Source: Microgenomates group bacterium
GTDB lineage: Bacteria > Patescibacteriota > Microgenomatia > PFEM01 > JBNASD01
DNA length: 64,000 bases
Assembly (NCBI GenBank): GCA_049720225.1
Contig: JBNASD010000002.1
Span: 1,622 to 65,621, forward strand
Reading direction: 5' to 3'
Both the position numbers and the translations under genes were made by a program. The notes under the pieces are model-generated. The model was not told the DNA's origin. It saw nothing but the letters and a program-made list of their open reading frames with translations, and ran no database searches. Positions 30,702 to 40,359 of the stretch are shown piece by piece; positions within the stretch are counted from its first letter, which is position 1, and every line of letters starts with the position of its first letter.

Positions 30702-31796
30702 TTAATTTACTTTTTTTCCTCTAATTTCCAAGGGAGGAACAATTTCTCCCTTTAATTCTATCTTGATTATATCAAACTCATATCCCTCTTTTTCGATTTG
30801 AATTTCATATATGCCATCAGGAAGGGGGGTAACAATTCTAAATTGGCCTAATTTATTAGTTTTTAAGGCTCTTACCGGCATGCCGTTTTTATCTTTTATT
30901 TCAATAAGCGCTCCTTCAATTAATTCGTCGTTTTGATCAAGCACCATCCCGGCAATAATATTAGGATAGGAAGGAGGGGTGGGAATAGGTAATTCTTTGT
31001 TTGTTTTTGGGCTAATTGGTGGTTTTTTTGGTAGTTGAGAAAGTTTGTGATAATAAGAAATTACCGTTTCGATAGGCGGTTTTCCTGGATAGCCATAATA
31101 GGAATAGAAATTTTCGCCAATTCCTCCTGGAGCTACCTCTTCAAGGTCTTTTTCTTTAAGATCGACAAATTTTGGTGATGATTTTTCCTCTTTTGGTTTT
31201 TCAAGGGTAGGCTTTTTAATTGATTGAAAAGAAGGTGGTTGTTCCTTTTTGGTCGGGGTAGAGATAGACGAATAAGATGGTTGTCTTTTTTCAAAAACAT
31301 GATTAATCTTTAAAGAAGAAACCTGGGAGAAAAGAGAAAGAATATTTTCAAGAACTTTTTTTTCTTCATTTTCTTCTTTGGGAAAAGTTTTTGTTTCCAA
31401 ACGATGAAGATATTGCGATAAAGAATTTCGATTAGGAGGTAAGTGGTGATTTTTTTCCTGAGGAAAAGATTTTATTTGGTATCGGAAAATTTCCGGAGTT
31501 TCCGGAGTTTTTTTCCATGTGTATAATGTAGGAGAAAAAACTGACTTAAAAAAAGCAAAAATCCAATTAGGAAGAGGTCTTTCTTCAATTGGTAAAAAAG
31601 CAGAAGCAAAACCAAAAAAAACCGCCCCCGCTGCTAAAAGTCCTTTAAAAAAAGGAAAAATAGGCAAACTCCAAAAGAAAAGGCCAGTTAAAGCTCCTCC
31701 AACTAACCACCCAAATTGTTTTAAAGTCATATCGCCAATAAGGCGAAATTCATAAGAAGAAATCTGTTGGGGTACTGGATGTTGTTGGATGGGCAT
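30702..31796 (-). CDS. PrgI/VirB3-like membrane protein fused to a C-terminal carboxypeptidase-regulatory-like beta-sandwich domain
   Basis: 364 aa; N-terminal SYEFRLIGDMTLKQFGWLVGGALTGLFF plus a second helix resembles the PrgI family found upstream of VirB4 in Gram-positive systems; C-terminus GMVLDQNDELIEGALIEIKDKNG...DGIYEIQIEKEGYEF. Confidence 0.45.
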   Translation of the reverse strand: MPIQQHPVPQQISSYEFRLIGDMTLKQFGWLVGGALTGLFFWSLPIFPFFKGLLAAGAVFFGFASAFLPIEERPLPNWIFAFFKSVFSPTLYTWKKTPETPEIFRYQIKSFPQEKNHHLPPNRNSLSQYLHRLETKTFPKEENEEKKVLENILSLFSQVSSLKINHVFEKRQPSYSSISTPTKKEQPPSFQSIKKPTLEKPKEEKSSPKFVDLKEKDLEEVAPGGIGENFYSYYGYPGKPPIETVISYYHKLSQLPKKPPISPKTNKELPIPTPPSYPNIIAGMVLDQNDELIEGALIEIKDKNGMPVRALKTNKLGQFRIVTPLPDGIYEIQIEKEGYEFDIIKIELKGEIVPPLEIRGKKVN

Positions 31797-31902
31797 ATTT
31801 TATTATTTTAAACTGATAACTATTCTTATTCAAGCCAATCAAAACATATCATTTAGAGTATAATTATAGACTGTAACAAGTGTAATAATAATCATAGAAT
31901 TT

Positions 31903-33777
31903 TTGAATTTTTTGATAGAAAATGGTAAAATTTTAATCGAAATGACAGAGGGAAACCAAGAAAAAAAACCGTCTCCTTTTGATTCTTCTCCAGAAGGGAT
32001 ATTGGCAAGATTTGAAGAAAGAAAAAGATGGAGAGAAAGTGAAAAAGGAAAAGAAGTAAGAAGAAGAGCAAAAGCCGAAGGGATTATTAAGAATGAGATT
32101 GGAGGAAAAAGTAATTTGCTGGAATCAGTAGAAGAAAAACCACCAACTCAAGAATTAGAACGTCTAATAAATGACTTAGCAAATTCAATTTTTCAACTAG
32201 AACGGAGATTAGCTGCAGGACATCAGATAGATAATGAAATGTTGCAGCTTCAAAAAGAACAGTTAGAAATGTGGGTTGGAGGAGGTTATGATGCTTTTGT
32301 AAGTGCTGAGGATGCGCAAGTAGCAATAGATCCGAGATTATTTGAAACTCAACCTCCTGCTTGGTACAGGAGGTTGGATGATAGATGGCAAGAAATAATT
32401 CGGGCAAGAATAGCAATTTTAATGGGTTGTTATCCAAAGCGAGCCAGAGGACATTTAGATTTAGGAATTATGGTTGAAAATGCTGATGTGAGGATAGAGA
32501 GAGACGCTTTAGATTTTATGTGGCGAGAAATGCCTGGCTTTCGGATTGCTTTAGCAACGATGATTAATGATCTTTTTGAAATTCGAGAAGAAATACCTCC
32601 TGGCTTATCTAAAGAAAAAAACAACGCCGTTTTTTTAATGGTTTTGAAGGAGGAAGCAAGAAAAGAGGGGGGAATTTTGGATAGATTCGCTGATTATAAA
32701 AAAGAATTAATATCAAGGTTAAAACAATATTTTGAGAAAAATCCAGATTTACTAATAAAAAAAGGCGAAGGAATACCACAGTTTTCTCCAGAAAACGCTG
32801 CAAGGGGAGCAGTAGCTGTTGCTTGGAACCTGCTGTTTTTAGGAAATGCTGTTGATTCTGGAGATCAGGGGGATTTAGGTTATTTGGATAGGGTGCCTCC
32901 TGAAGTAAGTGGGGAAGAATTGAAAATTAACCCTGCAAAAGGAAGAAAAGTTACCAACCCCATTGTTTATGCTGAGCAAGCAAGAGCAATGATGTTGCCT
33001 TTTGATAAAGCATGGAGTAAGTTTTATCGAGAGATGGAGAAAGTGGGAACGGAAGAAACATGGTTAGGAAGATTAGGAGACTATGTTGCAGAAAGAATGC
33101 GGCATGATCCAGAATTTAGAAGAAAATTTTTTAGAAGAGAAATAAGAATTATTCCCCAAAGACTTTTTGCTTCTTGGTTTGATTTGATTACATTTAAAGA
33201 TAAAGACGAGGCTTCTTTAGGAAGAAAATTAGTGGAAGCTCCAAAAAAAAATATAGATGAAGGCCTTTGTGATTTTTCTAATCCAGAAGAATTGGATTTT
33301 TCAAAAATATCTTCTTCAGAATTATGGGGGGGGTATGCTGATATTTGGGATTCTGCCAGAAAAATTTACGAAATGATTGGAGGCAAAAATCCTTTAAAAA
33401 TGGAGAATGTTTTTGAATGGAGACAAATTTTAGCAACTGCACTTTCAAAATTAAGAAATACCCCTTTAGCTCCGTACTATAAAGATCCCGAAATTTTAGT
33501 AAGTTGTTTGGCAGGAGCAGTTGGTTTAGTTGATTTTTCAAGCAAATATATTTTATTTCTTCCTGAAAGAATTTATGATACTTTGATAACTCTAGCTTTA
33601 GATGATGATAGATTATTTACAGGAATGCCAAAGGGAGCTAGAAAATACGTTTTTGAAAAACTAAATGCTTTTGATCATTATTCACTTATTGATTTTTTGA
33701 GAAGTGTTTTTCCTTTTAGGCGAGGTTTACTTCGAGCTAAACGGGCTCAAAAAGCAGCTCAGCTCCGAGCAGAATAG
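31903..33777 (+). CDS. hypothetical cytoplasmic protein (no recognisable domain), opposite strand inside the secretion-like cluster
   Basis: 624-aa uninterrupted ORF. It is rich in R/E/D/W and poor in K/I/N compared with neighbouring genes. Four 100-nt samples, counted by hand, gave about 39-44% GC in this gene, 40% in a pilin gene and 33% in dnaN. Confidence 0.5.
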   Translation: MNFLIENGKILIEMTEGNQEKKPSPFDSSPEGILARFEERKRWRESEKGKEVRRRAKAEGIIKNEIGGKSNLLESVEEKPPTQELERLINDLANSIFQLERRLAAGHQIDNEMLQLQKEQLEMWVGGGYDAFVSAEDAQVAIDPRLFETQPPAWYRRLDDRWQEIIRARIAILMGCYPKRARGHLDLGIMVENADVRIERDALDFMWREMPGFRIALATMINDLFEIREEIPPGLSKEKNNAVFLMVLKEEARKEGGILDRFADYKKELISRLKQYFEKNPDLLIKKGEGIPQFSPENAARGAVAVAWNLLFLGNAVDSGDQGDLGYLDRVPPEVSGEELKINPAKGRKVTNPIVYAEQARAMMLPFDKAWSKFYREMEKVGTEETWLGRLGDYVAERMRHDPEFRRKFFRREIRIIPQRLFASWFDLITFKDKDEASLGRKLVEAPKKNIDEGLCDFSNPEELDFSKISSSELWGGYADIWDSARKIYEMIGGKNPLKMENVFEWRQILATALSKLRNTPLAPYYKDPEILVSCLAGAVGLVDFSSKYILFLPERIYDTLITLALDDDRLFTGMPKGARKYVFEKLNAFDHYSLIDFLRSVFPFRRGLLRAKRAQKAAQLRAE

Positions 33778-35280
33778 TTATTTAATAATTCCCAGCGTTC
33801 TTAATGTATTAGCTATTGCATTTCCGATAGCTACTGGTCGAGGAGCAGTTCCGGGAGGATAGGCTTGATATCTTTCTGATATTTGTTGTCCTGTATATTG
33901 AAGTCCGAACCTGCCTGATAACTTAATTGGTCCTAGTGCTTCTCCAATTGCCGTTCCGTATGGGAAAGGTTTAACTTGGAAAGCGTCTCTAATCATATCG
34001 GGAATCTTTGGAAGTAATAAGATTAAGCCTAATCCTAAAATTGCTACCGTTACTCTTCCGTAAAGCCCAATTAAAGGGGGCACCCATATTTGTCCAGCGT
34101 TTATAATAAGAGCGTTGCAAATTAAAAGAAACAAGGCTACTCCTGGAAAAACTGCTAAATTGGCCACTAAGTTTCTAAGCCAATTTTCAAATCCTTTTTG
34201 TCCTGGTAATATTCCCAAAGCAATTTGAAAAGGAGAAAAAATTATTAAAAAAAGAATTGTAACATAAGATTTTATTAAAGAAAGAAGAGTTTTAAAGAAG
34301 GAAATGATTATTATGATTAAAAAAATAATAAGAAAAAACAACGCTCCTGCTAAAGCACCTACACCAGCACCTCCCCCACCAGCCACTATTCCTCCTATAA
34401 TACCTCCTACCGCAGTTGAAGCAACTCCAAGAATTAAAAGAGGGACTAAAAAATTTCCAAATGTACTGGTGAAAGAATTAAATAATCCGCCGGCCCCCCC
34501 TAAAAAAGAATTTTGATAAAATGCTATTCGGTCAGTAGGAAGGAGATTATTAGAAGAAAACACATTGATAATAAAATAAATAAACCAATAAAGAAGGTCA
34601 ATCAAGAAACCAGCAATAGCGTAAGAGAAAGTTACTAAAATTAAGCCAATAACTATTTTTGGGATAGCATTTTGAATAGAAATTACTGTTTGAGGATTGA
34701 TTTTTGCTCGAAACATAATCGCAAAACCAAAAAGGATAAAAACGATAGTAAAAAATAAATAAGAAATATTACGAAAGGCTTTCCACAGTTTTAAAATTGG
34801 TATTAAACCTTGATAACCGCTTCCTTGTTGAGCAAAAACCGGTTTTGCTATTCCTAATTTTTTTCCTAAGTCAGCAAAATAATCAATTGAAGAAGCAGGT
34901 TTTACAATGTAGGTTGCCGCTATTAAATTACTTATAACTCCTAGCACTCCGCCAGGAGAATAGTTATTATAATTAAAACCTCCTCCTCCGCCTCCGCTTG
35001 GTTCATCGCTTAATTTATCTATTTCTTCTAATACTGATTTGGGGATTTCGCCTACCAATATGTTTAAAACCCATCCCATCATTGTTTCCATTACTCCATA
35101 TTCTCCAGCAATCCATTTGCTTAAAGAGATATTGGGGTTTTTTAAAGCTTCATAAAAATTTTTAAGATAACTTCCTATTTTGGGAGGAGAAGTAGGAGTT
35201 TGGGCATTTGCGATTCTAAGGTTGAATAAAAATAAAGATAAAAAAACAAGAACGATAATTAAAAAAAATTTTTTTCTCAT
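33778..35280 (-). CDS. VirB6/TrbL-like polytopic membrane protein
   Basis: 500 aa; signal peptide, multiple TM helices, Gly-rich tracts (GGGGGGF; GGIIGGIVAGGGGAGVGALAGA) typical of TrbL/VirB6 proteins. Confidence 0.6.
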   Translation of the reverse strand: MRKKFFLIIVLVFLSLFLFNLRIANAQTPTSPPKIGSYLKNFYEALKNPNISLSKWIAGEYGVMETMMGWVLNILVGEIPKSVLEEIDKLSDEPSGGGGGGFNYNNYSPGGVLGVISNLIAATYIVKPASSIDYFADLGKKLGIAKPVFAQQGSGYQGLIPILKLWKAFRNISYLFFTIVFILFGFAIMFRAKINPQTVISIQNAIPKIVIGLILVTFSYAIAGFLIDLLYWFIYFIINVFSSNNLLPTDRIAFYQNSFLGGAGGLFNSFTSTFGNFLVPLLILGVASTAVGGIIGGIVAGGGGAGVGALAGALFFLIIFLIIIIISFFKTLLSLIKSYVTILFLIIFSPFQIALGILPGQKGFENWLRNLVANLAVFPGVALFLLICNALIINAGQIWVPPLIGLYGRVTVAILGLGLILLLPKIPDMIRDAFQVKPFPYGTAIGEALGPIKLSGRFGLQYTGQQISERYQAYPPGTAPRPVAIGNAIANTLRTLGIIK

Positions 35281-35331
35281 TGTTATTTCTAATTTAAGAT
35301 ATTTTATTGTCTTTTGTCAACATTTTTAATT

Positions 35332-37872
35332 TTATCGAGTTAAAAGGTCATACCAATATTTTAAATTTCTAGGAAAATTAGGGTTAGTAGCAAAACTACA
35401 AGGGGCGGGTTTTCCTTCTGAATATTGACACATAAATTCTTCAAAACTTTGGTTAGCGTAAGGTCGGGTAAATAAACATTCCAGTTGAGAAGAGAGATTA
35501 TTTTTTTCTCCTCCTAAACAACCGAGATCATAAGCATCAACTCCTGATGCTCCTGATTCTTCAATCCATAAAGCAATTACAAAAGCAGGATTCCAACCAT
35601 TGTTAACCGCTTGGTTATACACAAAGTCCCATTGATTGCTTATCTGAGAATCTGGCCAAGAATTTCTAACCATCTCAATTACGTTTTGTTTATTTTCTTC
35701 TTTAATGGTAATTGAGGAATCTCGAAAGGGTAAAGAGTAGTCGAGAACAGAAGCAGAGGAATTCAAAGAAGAGGAATTATAAGGAAGTAACGCTTTTTGC
35801 ACCCAACCAAAAGATTTTTTAACTCCTGCCTGCCCAAAAATTTCTACCAGAATTGGTTTCTCTTTACCTGGAGAAGCTTCAATATATTGGGTTGAATTTT
35901 GAAGGGCATGGGTAAACTTAAAAGCTTCTTGGGCGTCCTCGCTGGGAACTTTGAAAATAGAAAAAACTTCATTTCGAAGATACTGATCTGATTCCCAAGT
36001 ATAAGGAGTTTGAATTTGGGGAGTAATAATGTAGGTTTTTTCGGTATGAAAGGGTAAAATTTGTTGAAGGGCTTCTTCTAACGTTAAACCCAAATCAATA
36101 AGCGACTGTAAAATTCCAGGAGTAGGATTAGAGATTCGATCTTTTAAAAAACATTCGCCAAGAACACAAATTACCTCTGGAAGTAATTTTTCTCCTTGGG
36201 GAAAATATCCTTCACACATTCGAGGGGTAGGGGTAGGCATTGGTGTTCCTCCGCAATTTATAATTTCTCCGGTAGAACCTATTAAACAGCTTGCGCATCC
36301 AGAAAGAAATGGTCGAGGATCTTCTTTACATTGGTGATTAAGGTTAGTAACATTAACACAGATATTAATACTTTCTCCCGGGTTAGCAACAACAGAAATT
36401 GGTCCCGGAAAGGGAGAATAAGTGCATTCGTAAGGAAAAGAGGTTGCTACTGGACCCCACAAGCTACTATAAACCCCCTTTCCGCCTACCGATACAGAAA
36501 GATTTCCTGAAAGGTCAAATAATCCACAATTTGCTTGGGCGTGGAATATCCAACAGACTGAGTATTTATTGCCTCCTTGACGGGATATTTGAGGAGAGAT
36601 ACTCATAGAATAATTATTAGCTTGAGCAAAAAGAGGGTTATTGTTAGTTATATTTTCTCCAAGAACATTTTTTGAATTATTAATTGCCAAAAGGCTGTTT
36701 TCCATGGAGATTATATTGGTTTTTTTAGGAAGAAGCATTTTTGCTAATTCCTCCCCAGTGTTGGCCATTTCTTTCGTCCATTCCGGAGTTTTAAATTCTA
36801 TTTCTTTTTCTACGCTAAACCAATTGTTTGTTCCTTGTTCACAAACTTCATAAGTAATTTTTCCCAAAGAAGACTTTTTTTGAACCACAGGAAAATAATT
36901 AGGGGGGGTGAGTCTTTTTAAAGTTTTTTGATGAAGATGAGAAGCGATTGTTTGATTTTTAGGAAAATCTAATTGAAGTATTTTTAGTAAAGCTTGAATT
37001 GTTTTTGCCGGTTCTTGGGGAGAACCGAACCAAGCACTGATAGTGGCAATAAAAGATTCTCCTTTGGTAATTGGCGCTGCTTTAAATGGTTCATCCGCTT
37101 GACAAGCGCCATATTTTTGAACTTTTTGAACTTTTAGTTTTTTAAGAATGAGGTTTTTAGCTATTACCGGATCAAGCTTTTGAAACCACTCTCGCCAGCG
37201 AGGATCCATAAAAGAGCCGGTATCTCTTATTGCCACTAATAATTCTCCCATTGCCTCTCCGATTCTCATTCCTTCTCCTAAAGCAGGCAAAAATTCGCTT
37301 CCCTCTGCAACTAACTGCCTATAATAATTTAATAAGTTAGAGTCTACTCGAAGGTTTTGAAGATGAATAGTATAACCATTGGCCACTGAATTTTCTGCGG
37401 TGTAATGAAGAACGATACTAGTAGGAGTGGCATAAAGAATAATTACCTCAAGATTATCTCCCAAGTCATAACCTGAAGCAGGAACTAAAACCGCTTGTCC
37501 GGGGGAGGCGGAAAATCCTACTAAAGTAGCCCAATCATATTGCAAAGGAAGATCAGGGGGACGAGGGATTGGACCGCCCACAGTATTAGTTTCCCAATTC
37601 CAGTCATTAACTTGATAAAGATTACTAATAATAGGTTGAGGAGTATTCTCTAAAAGGGTGCTTAATTGGGGAGCTTTAGGGTCAATTGGGTGTTCAAAAG
37701 GGATATATTGAAGTTGACCGGAGATTTGTTGATATCCTCTTATTTCTAAATTTAAATCAGGATGGCTTTGGGGGCAACTTATGTAATCATAGGGTGGATT
37801 ACAATCGGCCAAAACAGGAGAAGAAAGAAAAAATAACCAAACCAAAAAAAGAAAGAAAAATATTTTTTTCAT
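35332..37872 (-). CDS. large secreted Cys-rich protein, possible C-terminal lysozyme-like (SLT-type) domain
   Basis: 846 aa; signal peptide MKKIFFFLFLVWLFFLSSPVLA; many Cys; C-terminal FVIALWIEESGASG...AYDLGCLG weakly resembles the catalytic E-S and G-L-M-Q region of lytic transglycosylases. Confidence 0.45.
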   Translation of the reverse strand: MKKIFFFLFLVWLFFLSSPVLADCNPPYDYISCPQSHPDLNLEIRGYQQISGQLQYIPFEHPIDPKAPQLSTLLENTPQPIISNLYQVNDWNWETNTVGGPIPRPPDLPLQYDWATLVGFSASPGQAVLVPASGYDLGDNLEVIILYATPTSIVLHYTAENSVANGYTIHLQNLRVDSNLLNYYRQLVAEGSEFLPALGEGMRIGEAMGELLVAIRDTGSFMDPRWREWFQKLDPVIAKNLILKKLKVQKVQKYGACQADEPFKAAPITKGESFIATISAWFGSPQEPAKTIQALLKILQLDFPKNQTIASHLHQKTLKRLTPPNYFPVVQKKSSLGKITYEVCEQGTNNWFSVEKEIEFKTPEWTKEMANTGEELAKMLLPKKTNIISMENSLLAINNSKNVLGENITNNNPLFAQANNYSMSISPQISRQGGNKYSVCWIFHAQANCGLFDLSGNLSVSVGGKGVYSSLWGPVATSFPYECTYSPFPGPISVVANPGESINICVNVTNLNHQCKEDPRPFLSGCASCLIGSTGEIINCGGTPMPTPTPRMCEGYFPQGEKLLPEVICVLGECFLKDRISNPTPGILQSLIDLGLTLEEALQQILPFHTEKTYIITPQIQTPYTWESDQYLRNEVFSIFKVPSEDAQEAFKFTHALQNSTQYIEASPGKEKPILVEIFGQAGVKKSFGWVQKALLPYNSSSLNSSASVLDYSLPFRDSSITIKEENKQNVIEMVRNSWPDSQISNQWDFVYNQAVNNGWNPAFVIALWIEESGASGVDAYDLGCLGGEKNNLSSQLECLFTRPYANQSFEEFMCQYSEGKPAPCSFATNPNFPRNLKYWYDLLTR

Positions 37873-38180
37873 TTGGGAATAGTAAAGACGGTAAGATCAA
37901 TTCCGGTAAATTCTTTAATGAAAAGCAAAATAAGCCAGCTTCCCAAAAGAATAACCATTCCCAATATGGCATAAGTGATCGTTTTTTGGGCAGATTCTTT
38001 AGTTTTTGGGTCGCCTCCAGAAGTAAGATATTTAAAACCACCAATTAAAAGCATAATAAAAAGAGCAATTCCGGCTAAACGAATAGCCAGGTTAAGGACA
38101 GATTGAAAAATACATTCTAAACACCAAATTTGCGCTATTTGATCGGGTGCGCACTTTTGCCAACACTCTTGAATTGTCAT
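37869..38180 (-). CDS. T4SS pilin-like protein (VirB2/TrbC-like two-helix protein), paralogue 1
   Basis: 103 aa; motif YLTSGGDPKTKESAQKTITYAILGMVILLGSWLI between two hydrophobic helices. Confidence 0.6.
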   Translation of the reverse strand: MTIQECWQKCAPDQIAQIWCLECIFQSVLNLAIRLAGIALFIMLLIGGFKYLTSGGDPKTKESAQKTITYAILGMVILLGSWLILLFIKEFTGIDLTVFTIPK

Positions 38181-38251
38181 ATTTTTAATTTAAATCAAAA
38201 CCCCCCTTCCGTCAAGGAGGAAGAGGGGAAAATAATTAATTTTTTAAAAAA

Positions 38252-38671
38252 TTAAAGGGTAGGAATAGTTAATGTTAATATACTGACGTTAAAGAATACT
38301 TCGATCAATCTAATAATTGCCCAAGCGGCAAAAACAATTACCAAACCAATTAAAGCGGCAGTAATTGTTCCTTGAGCTTTAGCAGTTGCTTCTTTATCTC
38401 CTCCTGAGGTAATCCATTTTATTCCTCCTAAAACTAAAAAAGCAAAAGCAACCAATGCCGCGATGATAAGAATTAGTCTTATTAAAGCAGAAACCAAATC
38501 AGGAATAGTAAATTTAGCTAAATTTTCAAATCCTGCTCCTGGTTCTAGTTTAATGGTTTGGTCAGCGGCTAAAACGATAGATGTTAAAAAATTCATCCTT
38601 TTCACCTCCCTTCTTAATTTTATATTATAAAAAAGTTTAGGAATTTTTTTCAAGTTTAATCTCCTGGACAA
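38252..38671 (-). CDS. T4SS pilin-like protein, paralogue 2
   Basis: 139 aa; WITSGGDKEATAKAQGTITAALIGLVIVFAAWAI. Confidence 0.6.
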   Translation of the reverse strand: MSRRLNLKKIPKLFYNIKLRREVKRMNFLTSIVLAADQTIKLEPGAGFENLAKFTIPDLVSALIRLILIIAALVAFAFLVLGGIKWITSGGDKEATAKAQGTITAALIGLVIVFAAWAIIRLIEVFFNVSILTLTIPTL

Positions 38672-39258
38672 CTGAGATTTCTTCCGCTTACTCTTCCTTT
38701 TGGATCAGGGGTTTTGCTTCCTCCCAAACAAACATATTGGTGGCTGTCGGCATCGCACCACGGATTTTCATAGGCCCATTTTCCCCCGCGATGGTCACAA
38801 ATACAACGGCAGGATTTATAACAATCTCCTTGGTTATAACCTGCAGGACAGCTATATTCTTGACAAATTTGACTTCGACATTGGTCTAAAGAAGGGAGAG
38901 AAACTTTTCCTCCCGAAGGAGGAGATTGCGAGGGTGGAGGAGTGGTTGGCCAAGGAGAAAAAAATCCTCTAACAAATCTTAAAATTGCCCACGCGGAAAA
39001 AGTAATAATTAGACCAATTAAAGCGGCGGTAATGGTACTTTTAGCTTTTGCGACTGCCTCTTTATCTCCGCCTGAGGTAATCCAGCGAATTCCTCCTATA
39101 AGAAGAAGCAAGATAAAAGCAATCAGGGCAATGGTTAAGGCAAGATTTATTAAATTAGAAACCACTAACTGAATATCTAAATTTATCCAACTTTTAATTG
39201 TTGGTGATGCTTCTAAATATTGCCGAATATCGCTAATCACTACTAAGGTGTTGGCCAT
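38656..39258 (-). CDS. T4SS pilin-like protein with C-terminal Pro-rich linker and Cys-rich domain, paralogue 3
   Basis: 200 aa; WITSGGDKEAVAKAKSTITAALIGLIITFSAWAI followed by TTPPPSQSPPSGG and about 12 Cys. Confidence 0.6.
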   Translation of the reverse strand: MANTLVVISDIRQYLEASPTIKSWINLDIQLVVSNLINLALTIALIAFILLLLIGGIRWITSGGDKEAVAKAKSTITAALIGLIITFSAWAILRFVRGFFSPWPTTPPPSQSPPSGGKVSLPSLDQCRSQICQEYSCPAGYNQGDCYKSCRCICDHRGGKWAYENPWCDADSHQYVCLGGSKTPDPKGRVSGRNLSCPGD

Positions 39259-39668
39259 TCGATTTTTAAAATTTGTAAGAAATCAAAACCCAAGGCTGGC
39301 GCTAAGAAATTTATGATTGCAAAAACCGACATAAAAATCAAAAAACCAATTAGAGCAGAAGTGATTGTTCCTTGGGCCTTGGCCACTTTTTCTTTATCTG
39401 GGCCAGCAGTTAACCAGCGAAAACTTCCCCAAATAAGCATAGCTAAAAGAACAACTCCCACCAATGAGAAAAGAATTTTTAAAGTATTAGCTATTAAAAG
39501 GGCAATGATTTCATGCCCCTCTCCTTTACCTAAATTTGGATTAATAACGGGATTATAAATTCCTTCTGCAGGGAGGAGAGGATTTCCTTCATCGATTCTT
39601 GCTAAAAAATATTTATTGTTAATTGTCGATTTCATTTTATTTTTGGACCTAGCAATGGTATTAACCAT
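39243..39668 (-). CDS. T4SS pilin-like protein, paralogue 4
   Basis: 141 aa; WLTAGPDKEKVAKAQGTITSALIGFLIFMSVFAI. Confidence 0.6.
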   Translation of the reverse strand: MVNTIARSKNKMKSTINNKYFLARIDEGNPLLPAEGIYNPVINPNLGKGEGHEIIALLIANTLKILFSLVGVVLLAMLIWGSFRWLTAGPDKEKVAKAQGTITSALIGFLIFMSVFAIINFLAPALGFDFLQILKIEWPTP

Positions 39669-40030
39669 TGAACCTCTAGAAATTCAAATCCTAATAAAGA
39701 ACTTAACAAAGACATTACGGCATAAGCGAACACAATAATTAATAAGCCAATTAATGCTGAGGTAATTTTTTTGGTAGCATTGGCAGTTTTTTGTTGGTCT
39801 CCTGCGGCAGTCATAAAACTGTAAGCACCAATAATAAATTGAAAAATAAACCAAATACCGGCAATAATAGTCATTACTCCAATAATTCGGGAAATAATGT
39901 CGGTAAAAACCCTAGCCGAAATGATAATGCTTTTTTCTTCGGCTAAAAAAGACCAAGGACCCAAACCTGGTGTATTTTTTCCACCGATTGGGCCTAAATC
40001 ATATTCTTTTGCTAAAAGATTAGAGACCAT
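39632..40030 (-). CDS. T4SS pilin-like protein, paralogue 5
   Basis: 132 aa; FMTAAGDQQKTANATKKITSALIGLLIIVFAYAV. Confidence 0.55.
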   Translation of the reverse strand: MVSNLLAKEYDLGPIGGKNTPGLGPWSFLAEEKSIIISARVFTDIISRIIGVMTIIAGIWFIFQFIIGAYSFMTAAGDQQKTANATKKITSALIGLLIIVFAYAVMSLLSSLLGFEFLEVQWLIPLLGPKIK

Positions 40031-40358
40031 AGATCTTTGGTTTTAAAATGGCGGTTGGATCGCCAAACAATAAATAACCAAAAATAGCCGCTAAAACAAA
40101 TGAGCCTAAAATAAAAAGCAATCCCAACATTGATTGCCAAATTTTTTGCCAGGCGGCCTCCATTTTTTTAGGATCATCGCCTGCCCCTAAAAACCCATAA
40201 CCGGCCAAAATTAAATTAATAAATGCCCAGATTCCCCCGATAACAATTAAAAGCCTAACGAGATTGGTAAAAAAGGGAATTAATCCTGACTGAAAGCCTC
40301 CGTACTTATCATCTGTAAACGGTGGAGGAGGATTAATATTACCAATAATATCTAGCAT
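40020..40358 (-). CDS. T4SS pilin-like protein, paralogue 6 (divergent)
   Basis: 112 aa; FLGAGDDPKKMEAAWQKIWQSMLGLLFILGSFVL. Confidence 0.5.
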   Translation of the reverse strand: MLDIIGNINPPPPFTDDKYGGFQSGLIPFFTNLVRLLIVIGGIWAFINLILAGYGFLGAGDDPKKMEAAWQKIWQSMLGLLFILGSFVLAAIFGYLLFGDPTAILKPKIYGL

Positions 40359-40359
40359 T

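Noticed and set aside
32087-33541. Four antisense ORFs (64-116 aa) on the minus strand inside the 624-aa plus-strand gene
   Set aside because: They are short and low-complexity, and all are nested in a single long uninterrupted ORF on the other strand; they look like ordinary antisense noise.
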